Below are positions 1 through 10,167 of a DNA stretch of 22,705 nucleotides, piece by piece. The notes below the pieces were generated by a model, which ran no database searches, was not told where the DNA came from, and worked only from the letters and a program-made list of their open reading frames with translations. Numbering within the stretch: the stretch's first letter is position 1; the number at the start of each line of letters is the position of its first letter. Source of the DNA: Catajapyx aquilonaris. Taxonomy: Eukaryota. The position numbers were made by a program, and so were the translations under genes. The DNA lies in NCBI GenBank assembly GCA_000934665.2, contig KZ538309.1, positions 62,001-84,705 of the forward strand, written 5' to 3'.

Positions 1-272
1 TATATTAGATACTGTAACACAATTAATATACACAATTCATTATACACAATAATTATAAAATATTAAAAAAAAACACAATAATTATAAAATAATATTGTTC
101 ATGATGTGGAAATATTGTTTGCAAGTACAATCCACCAACATGCCTCTGACGTTACAGCGGTTGCACCCAGTTCAAAATTTCCCCACCAATTTCTACCAGG
201 CCGTAATCGCCTGAATGCACACACCAGATATATTTGTAAGCAAGCCTCCAAGCATTTTGAAACCGATATAGG

Positions 273-309
273 TATAAAAGTAGCTGACGCCCTAGGCTTG
301 ATATCAGTT
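273..309 (+). promoter_or_regulatory. Core promoter of gene A1 (TATA box + initiator)
   Basis: TATAAAA 273-279 and TCAGTT 304-309; the same layout recurs upstream of all six A genes. Confidence 0.75.
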
Positions 310-368
310 CACTTCAGAGCAATAAGTACGGTATAGCAGCAACATTCACTTTAATCCAAGTCAGCACC

Positions 369-765
369 ATGGAATCCAAGGTAAGTCATTTCAGCCATTT
401 AACTATGGTTTGCAATGATGAGTGATCAATGTTCTTAGTTACATATTTGGCATGTTCTTGTACAGATACTGCTGGTCCTCGTTGTGCTGGGAGTGGTGGC
501 GTGTGTGTCAGGAGGAGGCCACACCAACTACAAGTACGGGTTTTCCACAAAGGGCAAGTACGGGGCAGCCCAGGTGGAGGCTGGTGCAGATGACCACAAG
601 TGGGGTTTCTCAGTCAACAACCACCACAAGGATGGGGTCAGCTACATCAAGCAGAGTGGGGACAACACTCACCACGGAGGATTCGGAGGTGGAGTGGGTG
701 GGGGTGCTGGAGGTGCTGGAGGAATCGGGGGAGGGTTCGGAGGGGGATTTGGAGGGGGATTTTAA
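369..765 (+). CDS. Family A copy 1: secreted Gly/His-rich protein, 103 aa; exons 369-380, 466-765
   Basis: ATG GAA TCC AAG then gtaagt at 381; tacag acceptor ending 465; in-frame join gives signal peptide MESKILLVLVVLGVVACVSG; GGGF tail; AATAAA 812-817; five paralogs share the structure. Confidence 0.9.
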
Positions 766-1919
766 ATGAGTTTATGTACAATAATTACTTATTCCATTGA
801 TCATGGTTTAAAATAAAGACATCAGTTGTACAATCAATGCCATGTGTTTGTTGATTGAACTTAGACAATAAATGCGAGCAATTTAAGATTTAGGCACAGA
901 AATATTTTTTGAATATTCGCTAGGCTACCTTTTGGCTAGTGCACATTTGTGTGATGTTAAGAGGTCCTTATTCTGAATTACAAAATGACTCGAGATCAAT
1001 TTTATTGCTGATCTCCCAATATCCGAAGTGACTGAATTCGAAGTTTGCAACATTACATGTTAATTAAATAATTACTACTGGCACTGATTGGACCTGGCAG
1101 TAGTGATCCTCGTTGGTGTAGATGAAGGCAAACTTTCTCGAGATTCCTTCCTCTGGAGCCATATTCATTATATCCATTATATCATTATATGACCAGTCAC
1201 TAGTGGATCCATCATAATGGTCATTCAAGATGACCAGGTGAATGTACCTGGCCATCACTGGCAACCCCATAATGGGAACATGCCGTGATTGTGATTGTAT
1301 TGTATTGTAATATTTATTATTTAATATTTTATTCGCCTTGGAAAACATGGGTCACACCATACAAGACAGGGCACTGTTCTCAAATACCTTGTCCGATTGC
1401 TGCGGCTGTTGTTGGCATTATGCTACTAAATTTAAGCAGCTGCTATCAAAAGTAATAGCTACTAATATTAGGATGTGTGGACCCATCTGGTATCTGAAGT
1501 GCTGCAGAATATCCTGGCAGGTATATGTCACCATTTGCACAAGCCGGATAATTTTAATATTTATATAGGGTTTATTGGGAAAAGCAAAAAAATACAATAG
1601 TATATGTCATTACATCTGTGAACAATACACAGCATTACAAGGGCAGAAAAATGCAATTTTTTTGTTTTATTTACTTACTCTGATTTGGTGGTGTGGGGAT
1701 GAAACCTAATTTAAGGAAAAGAAATTACTACATACCAGTAAACATTTTTTTTAAACCTGGAAAACATGTTTTACCTCATTTTGAATTCATTACTGATTTG
1801 TGATCAACTGTTTTAAAACAATTCCTTCAGCGGTTACATAATTTCAATCCGAAATCTTAATAGACCATATAATAAACTATGCCTCGGTTATTTATGACCT
1901 AAATGTGACTCTCCCCATT

Positions 1920-3358
1920 CTAAAATTCATGTCTTGTCATGGAAAGCTGATAAATCTCATCCTGGATAATGTGGTTATCAAAATACAAAAAAAAGAGAAG
2001 CCTATTTAGAGCTATATCTTCACAATTACTTCTGGAGAAATTGAGTGTACAAACCCAGTAAAATCAATGCACTTCCCACCAGCACATGTAGAAGAATACA
2101 TTTCCAGCAATTTGAGTTTATCACATCCAGTGAGAAGGGCCACTAGGCCATCCTCATCGAATAAGACTCCCTGGAAAGAAATGCGGGTCAGCTGAGGACA
2201 GTTTGACCCCACTGCTGGGAGGCAATGGTCACCTAGGTAACAAATACCACGTATCTCAAGACTCTCAAGTTTTTGGACCACTTCCTTCGCAGAGAAAAAA
2301 GAGACAAACTCCACCGTGGCACTAATACGTATCTCTAAATTGAGACGGCGGATGTTTCGCAGGCTGCTCACACCCTCCTTCAGACAGCTGACATCACGTT
2401 GTAATGGTACAGTCAATTCTTCCAGAAGAACGCACCGGTTGAGGTGGAGGAGGCTCTCGGGGTGAACCAACCCATAAACAACAAGTTTCTGAAGAGCTGG
2501 TGCATCTCTACACACCAACTCCAACTCAAAGTCGGTGTTGCTTGAAAAATGATTCAGCGTAACGTCTCTTAGTCGAGGCCAATTCTTTCTGAGGGAACTG
2601 TCCGGACCAGTCCAGTTGAATTCACAACGATTAAGACTCAACTTCTCAAGCTTGGCACTGTTGGCGAAGATGTCAAAAACATGGCGGGTGTTCTCATCGA
2701 GACGGCTAAGATGAAGCCTTAGCTCCTTAATATTTTGGCACCTGCAAAAATATTTTAAAAATAAAACTACATCCCAAGCATTAAGTCAATCACAACTGAC
2801 CTAGAGGCCACACGCTCAAGTGTATCGCAATACCAAATGTTGCAATAATCTATGTCCAGCGATTCCAAGTTTGGAAACAATTCCGCAATGTGTATCAATA
2901 CTTCATCCGACTGCGAGTCCTCCATCCATTCGAGCAGTCGCACACTCTTGAGCTGCTTCATATGCTCCAGCAGCTTCTTGGCTCTCTCCACAGTCATCTG
3001 AAGTCCGCCCATCCTCACCTCCTTCCAAAGTGAAGAGTCCATCACCAACTCGCTCCACCTCCTGCAAACTGGGGCTACACCTTGCAGCAAGTCTCGTTTC
3101 GGCAAGTAGGCAAAAATCATGAGGAGTACTTCTTCCGGCATGCGAGGAACACGACCAACCTCAACAGCCTGAAACAAACCAACATTAAGTAAAGGCATAC
3201 TGGTAATAGCAATTTGGTACATGAGCATTTAGATATGTTTGGCAACAATTGCCTTTAAGCAGTACCAGTGGTTTTTCATTCGAATCTTGTTCCATTACCT
3301 GTGGTTCAGCCGGTTCAGCCTCCTTCCGCATCTTCTTCTTCTTCGGTTCACTGCTCAT
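1920..3358 (-). CDS. F-box/leucine-rich repeat (FBXL-type) protein, about 390-405 aa; exons 3358-3299 (or -3266), 3168-2801, 2741-2030, probable last exon 1961-1920
   Basis: F-box motif MPEEVLLMIFAYLPKRDLLQGVAPVCRRWSELVMDSSLW (about 3141-3025) followed by LRR-like units (FPNLESLDIDYC, CPQLTRISF, CDKLKLLEM); 59-nt intron 2800-2742 keeps frame; the 3' end is uncertain (unspliced stop at 2012). Confidence 0.85.
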
Positions 3359-3493
3359 CTCACCCACCTGCTTCCATCACACAATCAGATAATTATGCCG
3401 CCTAAATGGGCCTAATTATCCCCGGTAGTTATCTAATTAACCTAAACAGAAAGGACCGTACGACTCAGCAAGACTTTCGTCTGCAAAATGTTG

Positions 3494-3505
3494 GCCGCCA
3501 TATTG
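3494..3505 (-). promoter_or_regulatory. YY1/Pho-like site upstream of the F-box gene
   Basis: Minus strand CAATATGGCGGC resembles the YY1 consensus CAANATGGCGGC, about 140 nt upstream of the F-box ATG; motif match only. Confidence 0.3.
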
Positions 3506-3829
3506 GAACTACTCATTTTCCATCGCGCAGCTGTTATCAATAAGCAGTGACTTGATAGCCGTTCCTCCTTAAGAGCGAACGAGATATATTAGTTGTGATG
3601 GAATTTTTTCCCCCTCCTCCTTGCATTATAATAGGGTGAACAACACGTCATGTAAGACTCGTGTTCTCAATCTAATATGTGTAAAATTAATACTGGTAGC
3701 AACAAATTATATTCAATGTCGATTGTCCGCTATATACCAGTGCACCACTTTCTATCCGGCAATCGCTTGATTGCACATTATCAATTTCTTTTGCTGCCAG
3801 TCTCCGCCACATTTTGAAACAAATGCAGG

Positions 3830-3866
3830 TATAAAAGCTGTTTCTCTCCGAGATTTGATATCACTT
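3830..3866 (+). promoter_or_regulatory. Core promoter of gene A2
   Basis: TATAAAA 3830-3836, TCACTT 3861-3866. Confidence 0.75.
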
Positions 3867-3919
3867 CCTTCGGCACCTCCAGCAGAAGACATCTCTCACT
3901 CCAATCCAACCTATACGCC

Positions 3920-4318
3920 ATGGATTCCAAGGTAGGCCTGTTCATTCCAACCCAGAAGCCCCTTGTTTATTAACGTGGATATATTCTTGATTGCAACGTG
4001 CAGATACTGGTGGTCCTCGTTGTGCTGGGAGTGGTGGCGTGTGTGTCAGGAGGAGGTCACACCAACTACAAGTACGGGTTTTCCACAAAGGGCAAGTACG
4101 GGGCAGCCCAGGTGGAGGCTGGTGCAGATGACCACAAGTGGGGTTTCTCAGTCAACAACCACCACAAGGATGGGGTCAGCTACATCAAGCAGAGTGGGGA
4201 CAACACTCACCACGGAGGATTTGAGGGAGGATTCGGAGGTGGGGCTGGAGGGGCTGGAGGTGCTGGAGGAGTCGGAGGAGGGTTCGGATTCGGAGGAGGA
4301 TTTGGAGGGGGATTTTAA
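3920..4318 (+). CDS. Family A copy 2: secreted Gly/His-rich protein, 108 aa; exons 3920-3931, 4004-4318
   Basis: MDSK exon, GT-AG intron 3932-4003, frame continues into ORF 3998-4318; AATAAA 4362-4367. Confidence 0.9.
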
Positions 4319-6158
4319 ATAAGTTTATGTACAATTATTTATTCCATTGCTCATGGTTTAAAATAAAGACATCAATTATTGTACAATTATTGTCATGTGT
4401 TTGTTGACTGATATTAAGAAACAATAAATGCAAGCCATTTAAGGTTATGAATTTGAATTTGACTTATTGAGTACAGTAATATTCCTTGAATAGGCCCTAC
4501 TCGCTAACACCATCTTTAGGATGTAAGTGATGTCCAAGGTCCTTATTCTGAATTACGTTGCTTTGGGAAATGATAGAGGGATTCTAGGCAATCACTATGA
4601 GTTACGCAACATGAGTCTGCGACGACCGAGATAATTAGCAGTAAATAAAAAGTGCATTATTCCAGCTTATAGATTTCGGATACTGCTTACGACATTTCCA
4701 TCGCCTAGGCCATTCCCTGCTACACCCATGGCTGTAGGCTACACCTAACAAGATCGTAAATTAAAATAAAATTACATGGTAACACTTAAATTTAAATGAA
4801 AAAAAGGTAAGGTCGAGTGGAGGGACGCATACATGCCAGGATATTTTTCTGCGTTTGAAGCACATTATTTCGGTAACTATGCGTCGGAGACCCATGTTGG
4901 ATATACTCAAAGTGATCGCCTGTAACTCCTATATCATTTTCCAAAGCGACGCTACGGTAGGTTAAATTTCCGAACCCTGTATACAGTGACTTTCACATTT
5001 TTATAATTTCCTAGACATCACCGAAAACACACTATAAAACCTATCAAAAATACTATAAGCAACTCAAAAATAAGGGATGTTCCACTTGGATACGTTTGAA
5101 ACATAATCACACTCAATCTGCATAATAATGACACTGTTCTACAAAATAACACTTTTTCTCTTTTATGAAACTTTGAATAGTGATTCCTATTGTACCTTCT
5201 GCGCTGAATCCAAATATATGCTCAGAAGGTTTCTGTCAGGCACAGTCTTTGAGTTATATAGTGTTAAAATTTGGAGTGGTTTACTACAGGGACCTTTCCG
5301 AATCAAGTGAGCCTAAATGTGACCGTCTCGGATCTTGGTGAAAATAATCGCAGATGTACTTAATTATTCCTTAATGCTGCTTACAAAATTTCAGCCGTAT
5401 TGCGAAATACTATGATGAGGAAAGAAATCGCAAAAATCTGGAAATGGCTGAAAATGAGGTCTCTTTTGGATAATTTTTTTCGGTTAGTGGAAGTGGTCCA
5501 AACCCAATGAACATGTATATCAAAAGAAAGGGAAACACCAGGAAAATGCGGATATGGAATAGGTTATCCTCTAAAATGTAAAAATAAATTTTTATTGCAT
5601 TTCATTGGTCACTTGCTTAGTCACATGCCCAAGAATATTAGGACCCCGACAATTAGTGATGTATTTGCCGTACATCAGTCATATTTGGTGACACTAGTTG
5701 CGACCTTCGTAAGGTTCAGTATCTTACGTTTGAGGCCTGGCTCACGCAAGGTTCGCGATAAGATAATAGATATGTTTTGCAGCTATACCATTAATTTCAC
5801 TCTCTACAAAAAAAATCTTTTGGTCTCTCTGAAGATATGAATGGTGGTTCTTATATAGTACTTTTCGCCCTGATTACAAATCTGCACTTAGAATTTGGCT
5901 GTCAGGCATAGGTTGGTGATTGGACGTTTTAAACCCCTGCATTTGTCACAAAATATGAGCCATGGCGGCAACAGGAGGCCGAAGGAACACTATTCGGACA
6001 CCATGTCTTTGTACGTGTATCAATATTATTAGATAATAACCATGAGTTGCCCCTATACCAGTGCACCACTTTCTATCAGGCCTCATGGCAATCGCTTGAT
6101 TGCACAGTATCAATTTCTTTTGCTGCCAGTCTCCGCCACATTTTGAAACAAATGCAGG

Positions 6159-6195
6159 TATAAAAGCTGTTTCTCTCCAATATTTGATATCACTT
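6159..6195 (+). promoter_or_regulatory. Core promoter of gene A3
   Basis: TATAAAA 6159-6165, TCACTT 6190-6195. Confidence 0.75.
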
Positions 6196-6246
6196 CCATC
6201 GACACCTCCAGCACAAGACATCGCTCAGTCCAATCCAATCTACGCC

Positions 6247-6622
6247 ATGGATTCTAAGGTACTGTTCATTATTCCAACCCAAGTTCCCCTTGTTTATTAA
6301 CATGGATTTTCTTGATTGCAACGTGCAGATACTGCTGTTCCTCGTTGTGCTGGGAGTGGTGGCGTGTGTGTCAGGAGGAGGTCACACCAACTACAAGTAC
6401 GGGTTTTCCACAAAGGGCAAGTACGGGGCAGCCCAGGTGGAGGCTGGTGCAGATGACCACAAGTGGGGTTTCTCAGTCAACAACCACCACAAGGATGGGG
6501 TCAGCTACATCAAGCAGAGTGGGGACAACACTCACCACGGAGGATCCGAGGGAGGGTTCGGAGGTGGGGCTGGAGGTGCTGGAGGCGTCGGGGGAGGGTT
6601 TGGGTTCGGAGGAGGGTTTTAA
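6247..6622 (+). CDS. Family A copy 3: secreted Gly/His-rich protein, 101 aa; exons 6247-6258, 6329-6622
   Basis: MDSK exon, GT-AG intron 6259-6328, frame continues into ORF 6290-6622; AATAAA 6666-6671. Confidence 0.9.
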
Positions 6623-6808
6623 ATAATTGTACATACAGTTATTTACTTGGTGGATAATTGAGAGAAATAAAGATATTCACGTTTTATAATAATACATTGT
6701 GTATCTGTTTATAATATAAAGTTGCAGGAGTAAGAACCATTCACGCCCGATGAGTTTTAAACGTGCAACATTTCTTTTAAAAACTAATATTAAAATAGCA
6801 GTATAATA

Positions 6809-7812
6809 CAGGGTGGACGGAAAGTTTCGGACCCCCCACGTTTTTAAACCCTACTTTTCACAGCGTCTTTTCACATCTTTTAAAAGTCCACAAGCAGTTC
6901 TAATGTACACTATCTTTTGAAGCATAATCTTGAGAACATCTGAGCACCTTCGCTCTCGCAATTCCATTAATAACGTCGCCTCTGTGACTCATCTAAACAT
7001 CATATCTGTTTTGCGTTCATTTTTCTTGTTGCCTTGGAGGACTCCTGGTCATATTCTGCGTCAGATAAGGTTTTTATGTCCCTTTTCCATAAGTTCCCCT
7101 TCATGCAAATGTTGTGAACTCACTCCTAACCTTACTTTCCTCATTGGTCCATAACCTGGTCCAATAAAAATTTGAAAAGGAATGCATTAAATGGCGGTCC
7201 CGGATGCATTACTTTCGAATTCTCACATTGGTACCATCACATTTGTCTCCACTTTTATTTTAAAATAATTTTTTGGTGCGAAGGGACGTGAAAGAAAGGA
7301 TGTGTCATGTTGATTAATTTACCAAGGTAGGACTGTTTCCTGTCCTTTCCCACCAAAAAATTATTTTAAAGTAAAAATGGAGACAAATGTGATGGTACCA
7401 ATTCGAAAGCAATGCATCCGGGTCCGCCATTTCATGCATTCCTTTTCAAATTTTTATTGGACCAGGTGATGGACCAATGCGACAAATAAGGTCAGGAGTG
7501 AGTTCACAACATTTGCATGAAGGGGAACTCATGGAAAAGGGTCATAAAATCCTTATCTGATGCAGAATATGACCAGGTGTCCTCCAAGGCAACAAGCAAA
7601 ATAAACGCAAAACAGATAGGATGTTTAGATGAGTCACAGAGGCGAAGTTATATTGCGAGAGCGAAGGTGCTCAGATGTTCTCAAGATTATGCTTCAAAAG
7701 ATAGTGTACATTAGAACTGCTTGTGGACTTTTAAAATATGTTAAAAGACGCTGTGAAAAGTAGGGTTAAAAAACCTGGGGGGGGGGGGGTCAGAAACTTT
7801 CCGTCCACCCTG
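6809..7812. mobile_element. Non-autonomous foldback DNA transposon (Tc1/mariner-type ends), 1004 bp
   Basis: Starts CAGGGTGGACGGAAAGTTTC, ends GAAACTTTCCGTCCACCCTG, with TA on both sides (6807-6808, 7813-7814); arms about 6809-7287 and 7342-7812 are imperfect reverse complements; no transposase ORF. Confidence 0.85.
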
Positions 7813-8346
7813 TATTATAATGTAAATCAATCATCATCAGATTGCTATCTCATACCTAGTAAAATTTCGCGGTGTATTGATGCATCAAGCATTGATGAAG
7901 AAATAACGCCGACAAAACTAAAGTTTTTCCCGCTTTCTGAATTGATTATTTCAATAGGTGATTAATATAATCTGGATTATAGGGAAATAGTGTGCTGCAC
8001 AGTAAGACCAGCAATATCACCACATCACAAGACAAACTTTCACATGAGTTATGTGCATCGGAATGTGATCTAGTCCATGACCTTGCATGTCCGCTGCACA
8101 TTGCCATGCCTATAACCTTCCTTTATGCAAGAAGAAGTTTCATTACTCCCACATTACTGTGACATGCAAAGATTTCACTGTTAACTTGCAAGACTGCGGA
8201 ATGTATTTTTTGCACTGTTTCCCTTTCCATAAAAATAATAATTTCAAGACATTTTGTATCTTTCCCATCGCACCTTCCTAGCAATACATTTATTCTGGGC
8301 CGTATATGCAGGATTTTTCCTTCTCCCCCCCCCCCCCCCCCCTCCC

Positions 8347-8359
8347 NNNNNNNNNNNNN
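8347..8359. other. Assembly gap (13 N) after a poly-C tract
   Basis: Run of N preceded by a C-rich homopolymer at about 8325-8346. Confidence 0.98.
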
Positions 8360-8754
8360 ATCACGAGGTTAAATAAATAAATAATTAATAAATAAAACCC
8401 TCCGCGGGAGAAATTTTTGTGTGTTCAAGGTCACACAAACTTAGGTGAATGTAACTGACAAAGTACAGCGGAATCTTCCTAAAGCACATCGGCTATATAT
8501 AAGCAAGCTCTACAGTAAGCCCTTCATATAATAACCACTCACACGCGCGCGAGCGCGCGAATTTTCGTTTTCGTTTAAGTTTTGTACATTTTTTTCCATA
8601 ATACTTACAATACCATATATTTTTCTACGCGGTGTTCAATTTCGCATAGATTTCGACCACTTTTGCATATTCTTCCTTCTTTTTCCCTAAATCTAGGGAA
8701 ATTTCCTTGGGTCTGGGAACACTTTCCTGGTCCAGGTCACAGGACAAAATTGCG

Positions 8755-8781
8755 TCGCGGTCCGCCAGTTGAATAGCCCTG
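8755..8781 (-). mobile_element. Possible single terminus of a hAT (Charlie-like) element
   Basis: Minus strand reads CAGGGCTATTCAACTGGCGGACCGCG, resembling hAT-Charlie ends; adjacent 8-mer TCCTAAGG has a central TA; partner end not found. Confidence 0.35.
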
Positions 8782-9012
8782 TCCTAAGGTCAATCTTACT
8801 GAACCAGAATAGGGCACCTCGTAGGTTGGAAAAATAGTGATAAGTACGATACTGCACCAGTACAAAAATGCTGTGGATTGCATACTATTTCTATGAACAA
8901 TCATCAGTTTCTTCATCTGGTACTCGGCCGTACGCCCCTCTCCCAGGCCATAATGCTCGCCTGAATGCACACTCTCAATTTCTTATGCTGCCATTCTCCG
9001 CCCCACCAATCA

Positions 9013-9048
9013 TATAAAAACACACGATCTATTGGTCTGATATCACTT
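9013..9048 (+). promoter_or_regulatory. Core promoter of gene A4
   Basis: TATAAAA 9013-9019, TCACTT 9043-9048. Confidence 0.7.
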
Positions 9049-9104
9049 CACTCAAGCTCACTGTACAGCAGACAGACAGAGTTCCTCCTGGTCTTATCAA
9101 CACC

Positions 9105-9512
9105 ATGGATTCCAAGGTAATCACTAATTTCATTGCAATCCGAGAATTCAGTGATATTAACTAGGATATTCTTGATTGCAACATGCAGATACTGCTGGTC
9201 CTCGTTGTGATGGGCGTGGTGTCGTGTGTGTCAGCCATAGGTCACACCAACTACAAGTACGGGTATGCCATCAAGGGCAAGTATGGGGCAGCCCAGGTGG
9301 AGGCAGGTGCAGATGACCACCATTATGGTTTCTCGGTGAACAACCACCACATGGACGGTGTGAGCTACATCAAGCAGAGTGGGGACAACACTCACCACGG
9401 AGGATTTGAGGGAGGATTCGGAGGAGGGGCCGGTGGTGCTGGAGGTGCTGGAGGGGCTGGTGGTGTGGGTGGGGGATTTGGGTTTGGAGGAGGATTTGGA
9501 GGGGGATTTTAA
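9105..9512 (+). CDS. Family A copy 4 (divergent core): secreted Gly/His-rich protein, 111 aa; exons 9105-9116, 9189-9512
   Basis: MDSK exon, GT-AG intron 9117-9188, ORF 9183-9512; AATAAA 9555-9560. Confidence 0.9.
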
Positions 9513-10167
9513 ATGCGTTTATGTACAATTATTTATCCGAAAGAAGAAGCTTGAAATAAACCAGCAAACCCCAAATATGTGTTGTAATTACTTCAGACCA
9601 TCCAGTTGGTTCTGAAGTTATGTCAGTCACACTTCAATATATTGCTCAACATTCCTTCAGTCAAATGGCATGGTAACCCACCAAGGAAATTAGCTCCCAT
9701 TATTTTAACGCCGACTCACTCCAACTCGTAGATCAACCACACTAACTGTTTTTTGATTGATTAAATTATTCCTGCTGTGCCTTTCCCTTAACCAAGTGTT
9801 TCGGAGAGAATAATTAGACAGCAATATCTGATAGCCTATCGGGTCCGTTAAGGTCGACTAATCAGGACATTAGCCTACTTTAATTCATTAATATCTCATG
9901 CGGCGTAATCGACCATTCAGATGTGGCCATACGAAACAGGGCAACATGGTCGTTGTAATGTTAGGATTTTGAATGAGGAATTCAAAGTCATTGGCTGCTT
10001 AGTGATATTCAGCCTTAGCCAAATCATAGTGGACTACAGAAACTATGCATAATTTAATTTATTAAAAACAAATTTAAAAAACAATCTATACAACAAGTCA
10101 CAAGAGATTTGGGGAGATGACTTCCGTCATACTCTCTGAATTCCATCTACAGACACTTTTCTTCTAA

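Noticed and set aside
1..100. AT-rich repeated CACAATAATTATAAAAT
   Set aside because: Low-complexity local duplication with no evidence of function
520..681. Family A as a classical RR (chitin_bind_4) cuticle protein
   Set aside because: YKYGF resembles an RR start, but the G-x-Y-x-Y...DG...V-x-Y-x-AD-x-x-GF consensus is absent
422..800. Alternative-frame ORFs over every A gene (…QMTTSGVSQSTTTTRMG…, MGFLSQQPPQG…) and antisense Ser/Pro ORFs
   Set aside because: Shadow frames of G-rich, stop-poor coding DNA; they recur only because the copies are nearly identical, and they lack their own start or splice support
1064..1568. ORFs 1064-1348 (-) and 1338-1568 (+), possibly extra 3' exons of the F-box gene
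   Set aside because: No recognisable motif and no convincing in-frame splice path; RNA-seq would be needed
4560..5990. Non-coding stretch between A2 and A3 with transposon-like texture
   Set aside because: No terminal repeats, TSD or transposase ORF could be defined by eye; the short ORFs look random. RepeatMasker would decide
6930..7965. Short ORFs inside and beside the foldback element
   Set aside because: No DDE/D or HTH transposase features; they lie in palindromic arms
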